Positions 45,404-59,411 of a stretch of DNA of 64,000 nucleotides are shown in pieces. Every line of letters begins with the position of its first letter. Position 1 is the first letter of the stretch. Below the pieces are notes generated by a model. That model saw only the letters and a program-made list of their open reading frames with translations, had not been told where the DNA came from and ran no database searches. The stretch covers positions 86,614,001-86,678,000 of the forward strand of contig NC_043004.1 of NCBI RefSeq assembly GCF_006345805.1. The letters are read 5' to 3'. The DNA comes from Octopus sinensis. Its lineage: Eukaryota. A program made the translations under genes and the position numbers.

Positions 45404-46789
45404 TAAATAATAAAGACATCATTACATGGTTAAGAAAGTTAGTTGAACAAGGGTCTTCTACCATAGCTGCAGACTGATTTTAATCAATAACTTGGGAGTG
45501 GTATTTGGAGGGCAGAAACTGTAAAAGGATATAAACATCAGGAACAAAACTGGTGTTCTTCAAACAAAGACCTTTGCACCAAATTATGTTACCTGTCACT
45601 GTCAGAAATGCAACAATTGGTCTGTTTACGAAACTGTAACTAACACTATTGTTCATCAGTTATATTATAAAATCAATTCAAACAAAAAGTTTAGGACCTT
45701 TCATTTTTACATCAAACACTCCTTAACCATTTAAAAAGACCAATACTTTTTTCCCACACACAAGTAGGTAATCTAGGGCATTAAAGGTTATGTCATGTTG
45801 AAGATTACTAAAAAGAATGAAATAGTGCTATACATGATTACCATCGACAAAAAAATTTAAAGAATTTCATAGCAGACAAAATAAAATATGGGAACTATGC
45901 ATCTTCTTCCCCAGTTTTAAATTCTAATTTCTAATGCCATTTCATATTGAGGGAACGGTTATCTCCCTTGTATTAATGGCCTTGTCAGAGAGAACCAGAC
46001 AATTGGCAGAACCAAATGCATCATATTTGTCTAGTTCGTTTTTATGACAAAACATTGCATAATTCAGGCTCCTGTGAACTGGCATAGAGCTTTAAAAAAA
46101 CCTGCAGACATTCATTCTTAAAAAAAAAAAAAAATCAGAAAGTCAATTTAGGCTTGTGGCTACCATGCTGCATCACAAAAGCCTTGATCTTCAACACAGC
46201 AAAGAAATATTTCAATTCCTAACTTGTTATTGACTTTTGGCTATTACCCAAGTTACAACAATAAAGGGGTACTCCTCTTTTTAATTTACTACAAGAAAGC
46301 CAAAGATCTCATTGACACCTTTAAATTTCTAGTGGTAAATACAGTCTTTATCTACATCAAAACTTTCCACTAGTTTTTCATCATATGGATTCTGCTCAGG
46401 CAACCTTACTGGTTTCACTCCACTTGTTCATCTATCTCTTCTTGCCAACCTACACCTGGTTCCTCTTTTCACAAACTGCAACATTCATTACATACAGACC
46501 TTCATTTTAATGATATAGCAACTATGTAGAAGAGCTCTATCTGATAAGTGCCAAATTCCAAACCATATTAACAAATAAAAGAAAGTATTGGACAAAGTAC
46601 TTCCTGTATGTATGGTATTGCTTGCATTTGGTATAATCAGTAAAATGTACTCAATCTGGTGAGAGGTTAAGTATCATTTAATGAATACAGGAGTTCTACA
46701 TGAGTTACTTCAGTTCTTATGCTTAGATAGTGCAGTAAATGGACAGAGTACTGTGCACAATCTGGTGATTGTCCATGTTCAGTATTTAA

Positions 46790-46951
46790 CCCTTTGATAC
46801 CAACCCACCTAGAAATCGCTACTGGCTCTGTAGTACAAATGTCTCGTTTCCAAACCTTAGTTACATTTGATGTTCCTAGCTTAATGATAATTTATTTTAA
46901 TAAATTCTAAGAAACACAGAGTATCTCAACAGAAATATGGTACCAAGAGGG
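46790..46951. mobile_element. piggyBac-type MITE
   Basis: TTAA-CCCTTTGATACCA...TGGTACCAAGAGGG-TTAA. Confidence 0.7.
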
Positions 46952-47019
46952 TTAAGGAGCCAACAAGATGTAAATTACAAATTTCAGATTATTAGATTTG
47001 AATTTTAATATCTTGAATC

Positions 47020-47222
47020 TAGGGGCAGTGCACTGGCAGGATCGTTACTACACCAGACAAAATGCTCAACAGCATTTCTTCAGACTTAATGTTGCAAGTT
47101 CAAAATCCATCAGGGTCAACTTTGCCTTTTATCCTTTCAAGCATCAGTTGAGCACTGGGAGTGATGTAATTGACTTCCTTCTCTCACAAAATTGCTGGCC
47201 TTGTGCCAAAATTTATAACGTG
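47020..47222 (+). mobile_element. SINE-C
   Basis: Family motifs. Confidence 0.6.
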
Positions 47223-47256
47223 GAGTAGAGGCAACATGTAATATTAAGTGCATTAC

Positions 47257-47364
47257 GTTATTTCATTCTGTTCACATCCTTGTTGCTAACAGACCTTCAC
47301 TCAAAAACTGATAAAATAAGACCTGGTGATGAATTGGAGCTGAAATTAATAAATTATCCATCTT
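47257..47364 (-). other. Putative 5'UTR exon of gene 2 (108 nt, 29-aa uORF)
   Basis: ttttctttttacag acceptor, AAC|gtaatg donor, no open frame through the exon to the CDS. Confidence 0.4.
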
Positions 47365-47751
47365 CTGTAAAAAGAAAATTGCAGTCTTGAAGTAATGTAA
47401 GAAAAATCAATATTGATTATCTTTCTATAACAGCACTGACAATTACAAAATAGTCTTTTACTTACTTTGTTTGTTGACAGCTAAAGCGAAAAGAGAAAAC
47501 TTTCTGAAGAGAGAAGAGGTTAGGGAATAATCAGGAAGAGAAAACTTAATAAGTGTCAAAGAAAGAGATCTGCAACAGCTTCTGACTTAGCATTTTACAG
47601 GGTCCTTCTGTACAAAGTAACTCAATGACAACATAATTGTAACAGTTTAAACCGTTAAGCGCAGATAAGATATCCTACATAACAAATTAAAACAGTTCAA
47701 CATTAAACTGAACTTGGTACTTTTTGCAAAGTATATATTTATTTTACTTGT

Positions 47752-47788
47752 AGTGACTTTGAAGTTTCAGCTAGCTTTCATCATACTG
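47752..47788 (-). ncRNA. Minimal hammerhead relic (C3 to A) followed by AATAAA
   Basis: agt-ATGATGA-A-AGCTAGCT-GAAAC-TTCAAA-GTC-act. Confidence 0.45.
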
Positions 47789-48345
47789 TGGTGAAGTCCA
47801 ACAAAATTTAGCAGACCAAAAGTTCGAAGTCACTGTCACCAGGCTTCTTGTAAAAGTACTATATATCACATACATGCATGTTGATAAGGTTTCAACAGGT
47901 TTTATTGGAAAGACTTGTCTTTAGGGTTGACAACACTACTGCTTCAATTGACAGTGTGAATTCATTAAAATACTTCCAGTGATGAGTAAACAAGCAATTT
48001 AACATTTGCTTCGTGTGTTTTAACTATGTAGATACATAAGATTGTATAATTGGACCGAATTAATTTTCTTTACATGTTCCAACTATCCAAAAATCCATTT
48101 TATATGTATCGGAGAGAAAATATTGGTTTATAACAAAACAAAAAAACATTTTAATTACAAAAGCTTTCTTTCAAGTTAAAACAATATTAAAAGAATGAGT
48201 GAAAAAAGAATTCAATGTGAAAGAAAAATAAATTCATAAACACACACAAAATAAAAGAAAACAAGGATTTCATTTACGGGTTTATTGGAAACCAGTCTCT
48301 AAGATATACAAAGAAAAAAACAGGCTAACTACATACACTCCTTAC

Positions 48346-48640
48346 ATAAGGGAGACAACTGAGAGCACTTGTAAACTGGTGGTCAGTTACTTTGCTGGCT
48401 TTCTTTCTCAGCAGAGATACACAGAACCAAGTCCAGGTTGGCTGCCACTCAAGAGACAGCTGTCACTTTATTTTTCCTTCTGTGGATAATTTGCCCGGCA
48501 CCAACGGTCAAATTGCAAGGTTTTATTACTTTTTTTTTTTTGTCTTCAAATTTTCTCATAATTGTTTTTTTTTTCTTCTTCTTTCTTGTTAAAAATGGTG
48601 GCGTGTGCCTCTTGTTAAGTGAATAGACATTTAGAATTAC
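48346..48640 (-). other. Putative first exon of gene 2
   Basis: GC/CpG-richer segment ending in TAT|gtaagg, next to the CpG patch. Confidence 0.35.
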
Positions 48641-49015
48641 ACAGCAAAGCAGCTTACAAATGGCCAACTATCAATTTTATATCAAGTTTTTGGGTTTTTT
48701 TCTTTTTAAAAATTTATTTACATAAATGTCTTGCATTATATATATATATATATACGTGTGTGTGTGTGTGTCTATATATCTATACACACATTTATACATA
48801 CAAATGTATATATACAAATATATACATTCATATACACATACACATGCACACGCAGCCATTACTGACCATGTATGTGTATATATACACACACACATACACA
48901 CATATATATCATTTCCACCAGCTGTTTTTTTTTGCTCCCCCCAATTTATTTTTTTATTATTTTTTTGCGCGCTAAATGTTATTCCTTGTGAAAGCGACCA
49001 CGCGTCGCAAAGCCA
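48590..49015. promoter_or_regulatory. CpG-retaining candidate promoter (GCGCGC, GCGAC-CACGC-GTCGC)
   Basis: Local CpG cluster outside any recognisable repeat. Confidence 0.35.
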
Positions 49016-49174
49016 GCAAAACACAGTTTACTCTTCTTCCCTAGGACTGTCAACTTATTTCAATATATATATTTATATTTACAATATTATTGTGAACACC
49101 AATCAGTCAAACCATTTGGTCAAGTACTTCTGTTTCATTACTCCACTTAGCTTTTCCCTTTCTTTCTCCAAGTG

Positions 49175-49207
<33 letters not shown>

Positions 49208-52200
49208 ATCTGATTAGAACATGGCAAAAATTATGAGAAAGACACGCAACATACATACATACAAACACATAAGTTTCTAAGCAGTTCTTGCTCCCCCATT
49301 TCATATTTATTTTTTCATTTTGTTTTTATTTTTTGTTTCTTTTTTTGGCTTTTTATTAATGAAATAGACCCCAAAATAGTGTCTGCTAACTCAGCAATAG
49401 AAAATAAAATAAAATTAAAGGTTTAAAAAAAAACAAACAATAAAACAATAGAGAGATAAAGAAGAGAGTGGGCAATTTAAAGCTGTTTTTCAATATGTAA
49501 GTAGGTAAAAGGAGACATTTAATGGATAACAAAGAGCGCTACAGCAAATGAGACTGCCTTATAAATTGTAGTAATGTAACTGACTAAAACTGGTTAGAAA
49601 TGGGTGTTTTTTTTTTTTACTGGGTGGGTAGGGTGATAGGGAGTAGAAGAGTGGAGAAATAACCGATCTGATAAGTCAGGGGAAGTAACCCAAGAGTAAA
49701 AAAAAAAAAAAGACAAAAGAATTTTTCATCATGCATATTAATTGAGACATCATCATCATTTTATAGAGACAGAAATGAGATGAGCAAAGTAGTTTACATA
49801 GGGAACCAAGGATGATGCAAGCCAACTAGAATAGAATATTAATTTTTCAATAGAAAGAGAAAGTTTTTTTTTTTCTATTTCGCCTTTTTTTTAAAGCATT
49901 TTCAAATGAACTTTAGCTTTTTTTTTAACCATGTAACAAAGATTATTTAAGACATTGATATAATATTGAATATTTTTTTTGAAAAAAAAAAAAAAAAAAA
50001 ATGGTTTTAACTGCATACAAAATGTATTCAATGAGTAGCAGTCGACTATTTTCTCCAATTTTTAGGGTATATTTATTTTCGCCGTTTTGTATACACCTCC
50101 AAATGCCAATGAAGATATTAATTATAAAGTCATACCATTACTTTTATCACAGGAATTTTGTTTATTTTATGTAATTCTTTGTATTTCATTTTGTTTAAAA
50201 AGAAAAAAAAAGGAAAAAATCCATTTCCCTATCAATCCAATGATTTCATTTCATATTTTCCAAATATTCTCCTTTCTCTTTAAAAATAAACTTTCTGAGA
50301 TAAAGGGTAAGAATAGGGAATGGAACAAATTTAAAAAGGCCGGAGAGGGGAAATTTTAAGTGGACTGGAAACTGACAGTGATGAAGATATTGGCTACCTC
50401 CCACCCCCCACTCTTTGTAGGCAATGCATTCGTCCTCTGCAAGGCATCTCCCAGTAAGTTTAAATAGGAGAGGTCAACATTCAACCAGCTAGACAATGTT
50501 TTAAGAGCACCAAATCTTCAAAAATGTTCATGTGGCAGGTAGTTCCTCTATTTGATACTTTTATTATTTCTTCAAGGAGAAAAAAAAAAAAAATAATGAA
50601 ACTTGAAAGGTAAGAGCTTATCAAGGTATTTGATAAAAGACTAAAATATACCTACACACATCAAATGATTAATTTAAACATTTACACCCTAAGAATATTT
50701 AAGAGTTTCAGAAATAGATTCAATAAAAAGTATCTATAAAACAATAAATTCTACCTGTAATCTTTGGTTAAGTTGGACATCAGCAGTTATTATAGGCAAT
50801 TTTTCTGTAGATATATTTTTCTTCTCTTCTTTTTTTTTTTTTCAAGTTTTCTTGTTTTTTAAAAAATACTAAGCAAAGGTAGCAATATTAATAAAGGAAC
50901 AATTCCAGTTTGTACTGTTTTAATATATTTAACACCCTGCTTCCAAACACTGTCTACTTTTACAACTAAAGTGCATCATGCTATCCTTTCACACCAACAC
51001 AGAAATTGGGTGAGGCCTTGAATTAGAAATCTGATTTTCATCAAGTAGATTGGTTTTGATATAAAAAGGGACTAACCATGTAGAAAATGAATTTAAAGTT
51101 ACCAGTCACAAAGTCTTTTTATGACTACTGAGACATGTAGATATAGACCTAGCATGAAAATAGAAAGATTAAGAGGAGATTTATAAATGAGTAGTAGCCT
51201 TATTACCAAACACAGATTTGGGTAATCAGGTTTGAGGGTATTGGTAATTAAATATTTTTTACTTTTTGTTGCACAAAATAGATTTTAACTACCTTTTTAC
51301 TCATATGGAAGATGAATGAAATATAAAGGATATAAATCAATCAATTCATTTAAGAACCAGGTGAAGATGTGTGTACTTCAAACATTGACTTGAGAGAGAA
51401 AATAAAAGAGAAAGCAAAATGAAATTAAAAAACAAAACACTTATTTGTTTTTAAGAATATAAATATCAAAAAAGAAACCCCCTGCTGATAGAAACAAAAT
51501 TAGCACATAACATTGCCTATGATAGATTAAATAAAGGAATTATTTTAAAGAAATAATAATATAAGAAAGAATAATAAAATTATTGCTTAGTTTGAGAAAA
51601 TGGTTTTTACATAGAAGTTATGACGTGAAAATATTTAAAATATAAGGGGGGGGGATGGAAAGAAAGAAATGTTGGCAAAGGGACAAAAGATGAAAATAAA
51701 GTAAATCATTTCAGAAAGGTATATAAAATTTCTGAATGAATAGTTATTCAAAATTGCAACATACAAAGTAGGTAGGTATGAAAGGGATGGGGAAGAAACC
51801 CAGAAGATGGGCATTAAATAAATAAGCTTAAAGAAACACTAACATTTAATAGATTTGAATAATAGAGAGATGAGGATAAATGCCAAATATCTAAATCTAT
51901 ATTAGTTGAAACTACTAAAAACTGTTTCTGGATGTTAATGTAAGCATACACAGATATACAATTCACATAGATGCAAGTGCATGTACACTCATACACAAAA
52001 TAAACTAATTTTGGAGGTTGTTGCTTCTGAAGCATTATTGCCAACTAGAGAAAAGAAATATTTGGGTAATTCCTTTTATTCTAATAATTCTAATTTATAT
52101 AACCAGACAAAATTTGTTATTCTTGAAAACAAACTGAATTTACTAACCTACATTTAAAATCCTAAACCAAATAAATTTCTTTTGAGTTGATGTAACAATT

Positions 52201-52544
52201 TTTGTTATTGTAAACACAACTGAGTGAAGTCAAAATGCACTGGTTTCAAACTGAAAATAATGTGGCATGAAACAATACTATTAAGCATGAATTTTAGTTT
52301 TTCATTATATCTTTTTATATTTATCATCTAGTAATAATAACTGTTTCATACACACACAGGCAAGAAACCTGAGAGCTTCAAGAAATTGTAATATTCATGC
52401 TTTTCTAAGGATATTAGTTATATAAAGAGATGATTCGGATTTGTGTTCAAGACAAGACCGAGAAATTTGGTACTACTGTAATACCATTCCAGACTAGATT
52501 GACACACTATGATATTGATACTATTATAACATTAACTATAAGAA

Positions 52545-53075
52545 CGTTTGGCAGCAGCAACAAAGCTAGAAACCTAAAGGGAGGGGTATAGTGTATTGAT
52601 TTGACCCCAAAAAGGATGAAAAATAAATTGGATCTAATTAAGAATTTAAATACATATAAGTAAATTTTATCCTAAGCTCTACCATTTCTGCTATTCACCA
52701 TCCTCAATATTGGCTTCAGATTTTGACAAGGCCAGCAATTTTGGAGAGAGAGTAAGCTGATTACATCAATCCCAATGCTCAACTGGTACTTATTCTGTAG
52801 AACCCCCAAAAATTGAAAGGCAAAATCAGCCTCAACAGAATTAAAACTGAGAATGTAAAGATGAACAAAATGCCACTAAGCATTATTCCCAGTTTGCTAA
52901 CAATTCTGCCAGCTGGCTGTCTTAATCCTCAGTAATAATACAGATTTTCAGCATAGGCTCAAATTTGGGAGAGAGAGAAAGGCACTGTTGCCTCCAGTGG
53001 GATTTGAATTCAGGATGTAAGCAGTCAGAATAAAACACCACAAGGCACTGTGTTTAACACGATACCAATTCTCCT
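52545..53075 (-). mobile_element. Cluster of SINE-C copies and fragments
   Basis: Family motifs. Confidence 0.6.
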
Positions 53076-56000
53076 ATCCACCCTTGATAATAGCAAGAAA
53101 GCAGACAGTAGCAGTAAAAGGCTATGCTAGTTCAACATCTCAGAAGTTTCTTAGCAACAATTTTCCTAATTTGAAGATCAAATTCATAACATGCACAAGA
53201 TATTACTGAACTGCATTGATTATTAACTGACTGGTTTGAGTCTCTTATTGCTTACAGAGTTCAAATCTTGCTCCCTGTTAAGGTACTGTCTTTATACCAG
53301 ATCTATTACAATTTTTGCTTCAGTCAACAAAACTACAAAATCAATTTTACCAATCTCACTCGACAGACATCTAATGTTACACACATCCAACTTGTCCGAC
53401 AATAGAAGATTGACACTCCCACCTCAAGACCCTTTAAAATTTGCAAATTCTTGACCTGTCATAAAATACAATAAGATTTTATGATGTTGCTATTTTTTTA
53501 TACTATTCTACTGTTGGCATACAGGAAACACTTCGAGAGCAAAGACTTTTCAATTAATCAGCAATAATTTGTCCTCATGACTGGTTAATAAAAACTTCTA
53601 TTAGACAGGCTGTGATTGGTACTATGCTTGAAGGACTGAGGAAGCCTACAGCAGCATTTTGTTCATGTAAATCATATAATTTAACATGTAAATATTTACA
53701 TAACTGCAGAAATGCACTTTAATCTCATAGCTTTCAGGATACATACATTCATCCAGTTTTAATATATAGTGTAAACCACCCACATCTTTTCAAGCAAAAA
53801 AAATCTCTGGGTTTGGTAATGAGTATACCAGCTGTTTAATCAACTGAAATGCTTACTCATCAAAATTTAGTAGAAGTGGCTGGGTATACCATAGGCACTT
53901 GTACTCTTCAAGAAGTTCTCAGGCAGAATCAGCATGACTGTTTGACAAGGCTGGATCTTTGAAGTAGGTACAGTCCATTCAACAGGCTTCTGTCTACCCA
54001 ATTTCAGTTACAAAGCTTGTGAACGAAAATGGGTAGACATAAAAGACACTTACCCATGATGCAATGCACTAGGACCTCTTGAATGTGAAACAAACTTCAT
54101 AACCACTCAGTGATGCATGCATCTACACACAAACACACTTTCATGTGTACATCTAGAGAGAATGAGAGAGAGAGAGAGGTTTACACCGTGCATAGAAATA
54201 ACGATTTCATTTAATCAGAGCAATCAGAACCAAACAGAAATAAAATTGAGGAGTGTGGAATTTTATTTCTTTAAATAAATATTCGGTTTTCTATGGAAAA
54301 CCTAAATATATAAATGGGGAAGACAGATGACATAACTAACTGTTAATGCACTCTAAATAGAAAGTTTAGATTTCATTTAGAGCCACATTTCCTGTGCTTG
54401 ATAACAGCTTATTTGTAAACTAGGAATATGCTAGTGACCTTTATTTAAATGAAATGTTTTCCATGTAAATTACAACTTCTTTCTATCTTATTTTCTATCA
54501 CTGTGCTGAGCATCATTTTAATAATTTCCAACCCATGCTAGCATGGAAAACAGACGTTAAACGATGATGATGATGATGAATTTAGTATAAGCAAATGGTT
54601 ATAGTTAACTAAAAATTAATTTACTGAGCTGAATCAAAATTTCAAGTTCATAACAAGGTCCTCTTTCACCATTGGAACTAGAGTATAATTGTTATCCACC
54701 CAGCACTATACATTTTTTTTTTTTAGACAACAACAAAGATGTCATTGAAATAGTTTATAAAACCTCTTCCTGCACATTACATTTATTAATTCATTAATAA
54801 TATAGTATAATTTTAAAAAAATATTTCATTAAATAGTAAACTGTAAACTTAAAGTTAAATTAGTTAATTTTTCTTTGAAGAGCTTTTATCACAATAATCA
54901 GCCCTTACAATTAAGATAAAACAAGGTCAGAAACTACAATTGATAAAAACTATTATCAAAAGTGACTATCTGGTTACTTAGTCTATTAGAAAAAAACTAA
55001 ATTTTTCTCAAATCACATTGAACTATCTTAAAAATGTAAGAACAGGATTTATTGAATAATGTCATCCAAACTACACAATGTCTTGAACAAAACAAAATGA
55101 ATACAACTGGTATGAGCTTGACTGTAGATAATATGAGGCCGATGTTGGGCTAAACAACATTACCCTCAAACCACATGCAGAACAATAATTGCTTAATTAG
55201 GCATGAAGCTTTGAGCAAGTAAAATCTAACCAAACTCATATCTATAGTCATATTCATATTAGCCACTAGTAGTGTTCCTTAATATATCATGCATGATTGA
55301 GTACAAGGTAATGATACTAATACTGGCTAATATATTACACGCCTTATATGGCAGTAACTTGATTTGTAACCCTGGTGATGTCAATCCATTTCAGTTGGAA
55401 TATAGTTCTGAGATTCAGAAATTTCCAAATTGTTTCTAGTATAATATTCCACAAACTTGAACCCATTATTAAATTGCATTTAAAAAGTGTTACAAAGGGA
55501 GAAATCTTTCATGGAGAAAGATTACTCTTATTATTATTTTTTTTTATTCCAGTGTTTCCTATTAAATAGTGATGTTAGACTAAAACTAGTGATGGACTTG
55601 CTGTGAAGAACAAGATAGGTTTTTGTATTAAAGACCTTGATGAGTTGATCGTTACACGCAAACAAATTTTAGACAAAGTCAACTCATATTGAACTAAACT
55701 GACTTCAGAGTGCATTCACTGCTAATCATACTCAAATATATTTAACTTTTGAGTTTCAATTTATTTTGAAAATCATCAAGAGTTTGAAATAGTTTAATAA
55801 AACAATTTTGGTTTTATTAAACTTGTATCCGAAGAACTTTAAAAATCCTTACATAAATCTATTATCAGATGTTTTGATATAAATATGAACGCTTGAGATT
55901 CTGCATCATAGAACCAGAAGCAGTCTCAGGTGGATTGATATCAAAAAGAGTTGAGCTATCTTATGACAAGAAACACTGTTCTACTACTAAGACTGATAAG

Positions 56001-57011
56001 AAATTCACTAAATTTTTGAAAATTTCATTTGATATTTCTCAAGTGTATGTAATATATTTTTAAGGAACCTATCACTGACCAAACTGATTACATTGACTTC
56101 GATTTCCTTAATATTAGCTGAAATAGGCATAAATGCAGAAATTAGAAAATACATTAAGCAAGATTATCAAAATGTATTTACAGATATAACTAATTTGTCA
56201 AAACTATCATCCATTTAAGCAGTAAGCTTGCAGACAACAGTGACTTAAATATTAACATTCAAGGAGAACTTTACTGCAAGCTACAGAAAATGTAGAAATC
56301 CAACTTCAGGATTTAAATTTAATAATTACTACCCACAGGTCTTCATCATCATGTTTATCTGAAAACAGATGTTAAAGGATGATGATGAAGACCTGAGTAG
56401 TGGAGTTAATATAACTCATTTTAAGTATTTAGGAGTAGGGCATTCACAATCTGTTGCCACTAAACGTTTCTATCAGGTAATTAGTGGGGTTGGACATAGC
56501 TCTTACTGCCTTTGGTACAATCAACACAAGACAGTAACAATCCATGCTGTTTGTAGTAGGGCTTTAGAACAAAATTGATGATAGATTTGAAAAGCAAATT
56601 AGAATAGTACAATTTGCAGTTTAATTTGACATACATAATTCTGAAAAAAGAAAATATATTTCCCATTTAAAACAACTTAAAAATAGCTCAACTAAATTAG
56701 CAAGGGAAGTAATCACAACATTTCAACATGAACAGCTGCTTCCATAGCAAAAACACTGAGACAAAAGAATTAATTTCTGCTTATTCACTTTCAGTAGTAA
56801 TATTAGTCAATATTTATATATTGGGAAATAGCAAGCTTGTGCATAACATTTTAAATGATTAACATTGAATTGGTACAGAATCAAATTTTAGATTAGCAAC
56901 CAAATCATTAAGCAAGATTTTGATGATGGCGTTTTTTTGGGGGAAAATACATGTCAATTTATATATTTGAACTCATATTCCACTTGGAAGAAGATATAAC
57001 AAAAGAAAAAT

Positions 57012-57372
57012 CTAGAACAACAACACAATTCTTGTGCTTCATTTTAAAATTTTATTGATGTCATAGAAAGAAACGAGAAGAGAGTTAAGAGAGATTTGAG
57101 CATACAATAGTTTTTCAATAGAAAATGAAAGAGAAAGGCAGAATTGCATTAGAAAACTGAAACTATCTCTGAACAGGACCAAATAACCATGAACAGAATA
57201 ACACAATTCCTGTACTTCATTTCTCGAAGTTTTATAGCGGTCATAGAGAGGAGAAGATAGTCTAGAGGGGTTTGAGCATACAATAGTTTGCAATGGAAAA
57301 TGGAAGAGGATGGCAGAACTGTATTAGAAAACTGAAACTAACCCTGAACAGGACCAAATAACCATGAACAGA
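57012..57372 (+). repeat. Diverged tandem duplication of a ~178-bp unit
   Basis: ttagaaaactgaaacta..ctgaacaggaccaaataaccatgaacaga and tttgagcatacaatagttt each seen twice. Confidence 0.8.
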
Positions 57373-58250
57373 GGAACATCTTTAGTAATTTAAACAAAAT
57401 ATTAACCTACACTGTTGCATACTCTTCCCTAATTATTTTTAATTTTGTAAATGTAATCAATAAAGCCTTATTTAGCTTTGATTAAATCTGCTAAATTTAG
57501 GCTTTAGTTTCAAAGAGGTTTAAGGTAATCAAGAGAAAAACCATACACAAAATAAATCAATTTCTCTTTAAGATACTTGAAATAGATCACCACATCTTAC
57601 AACCTCAAACAAATTTGATAAGAAAAGTTACAAAGGATACCTACTAAATTTTTTAAATAGTTGTAAACTGAAAAAAAAAAAAGATTTTGAAAGATTTCAG
57701 CATTTTAAGTATATATATGTGTTCTTTATTAAAATCCATTCATAAAATAACTAATTTGTTGACCACAACCTGTATATTAATTAGCAACTGGAATTTTCCT
57801 GGCCATTTATTATTTTTTTATTCATTTTTGGAGATTTGGTAAGAAGGCCACTTTTGCCATGCATTATCAACTAAACATAAAAGAATGTCAACAATATAGT
57901 TTTACTGAAATGGCAGCTTTTGATGTAGACTTGTGAAGAGTCAACATAAATATCTCAAATCTTAACTGACTGATAACAGAAAACACAAAGCTTTACTCAT
58001 TAATAATTTAGTGTTTGTTTCATGTAACAAATACTTTTTAAAGAAATATATAAATACGTAACTGAGAATTTGGCCACAAGCAACACCATGAAAAACAAGT
58101 TTAATTATAGCGTTAAAAGAAACCATTACTCTAACTCACTGTGTATTGCATCAACAAAATAAAACATTTTGATGTAATTTAAAGAAATCTGATGCCAAAT
58201 TCTTTGAAATACTTAGATGAAGATGGTGATGGAAGAGGGTGGTGGTGGTA

Positions 58251-58465
58251 ATGATAATAATCCTTTCTACTATTGGCACAAGGCCTGAAATTTAGGAGGA
58301 GGGAAATAGTCGAATATGTCAACCCCCAGTATTTCACTGGTACTTAATTTATCAACTCTGAAAGGATGAAAGGCAAAGTTGATTTCAGAATGTAGCGACA
58401 GACGAAATACCACGAAGCATTTCACCCAGTGTGCTAACGATTCAGCCAGCTCACCGCCCTTGATG
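58251..58465 (-). mobile_element. SINE-C
   Basis: Family motifs. Confidence 0.72.
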
Positions 58466-59357
58466 ATAATAATAATAGATTGTAAAAGCTGAACAGAAGT
58501 TTCTCAAGCCTCACAATCTGACATCTTTCAAGGACAAGAGCAACATAAGTATCTTTCTTAGTAAATTAATCAAACCAAAATTTACAAATGAACCAATCTT
58601 GCCAAACAGAAGTAGCTTTAACCTTTAATTCTAGAATAAGAGCCATTACCATTAACTACAACTTAAATTATTTAGTCAAAAGCTCTCTAAACATTACTAG
58701 TATGTATATATATATATATATATATACATACAATTCTAATGATATACAAGTGAAACTAGCATAAAAAAGACAAACTTTAACAAAAACAGATCAAAAGAAG
58801 AAAACCTCAAGAATTACAAGAACAAGGATTTCAATGAAAGATATTCTGAGTAATCTTCAGCAATAGAAGATATGAAATGAATATGGAATTACACAGTTTA
58901 CCTAAAAAAATAATCCTACAGTAAAAAATTTTAAAATAAATAAAATTCTTAAATGAATTTCTATAAAGAACTTAAATAAAGATCATCTACCAAATTAAAA
59001 CATTACGGTTGTAAGCAAGAACCTCCAGAAACCTAACAGAACACATTAACAGCAGTCTCTGTCATCTGTCTATCTGAGCCCTGTACTTGAGACCACCGAA
59101 GACAGTGGTGCAGTCTCCATTCATTATTATGTTATAAAATAATTTATAGCAGATAGGTGTCAGCCTAAAGGAAAAGAAGGGCAATTAGAAATAAACACAG
59201 ACAAGAACTTCTTTCACCTTCTCTATTATTCCCCAACAGTTGACTTACTACATTGTTATCCTGCCAGCCGACATTTTAGGCCTTCACACTATAGTAATAC
59301 ATGCACATACACTCATTATCATCATGCACATAAAACTGTAATAATGGTATTGCTTAC

Positions 59358-59411
<54 letters not shown>

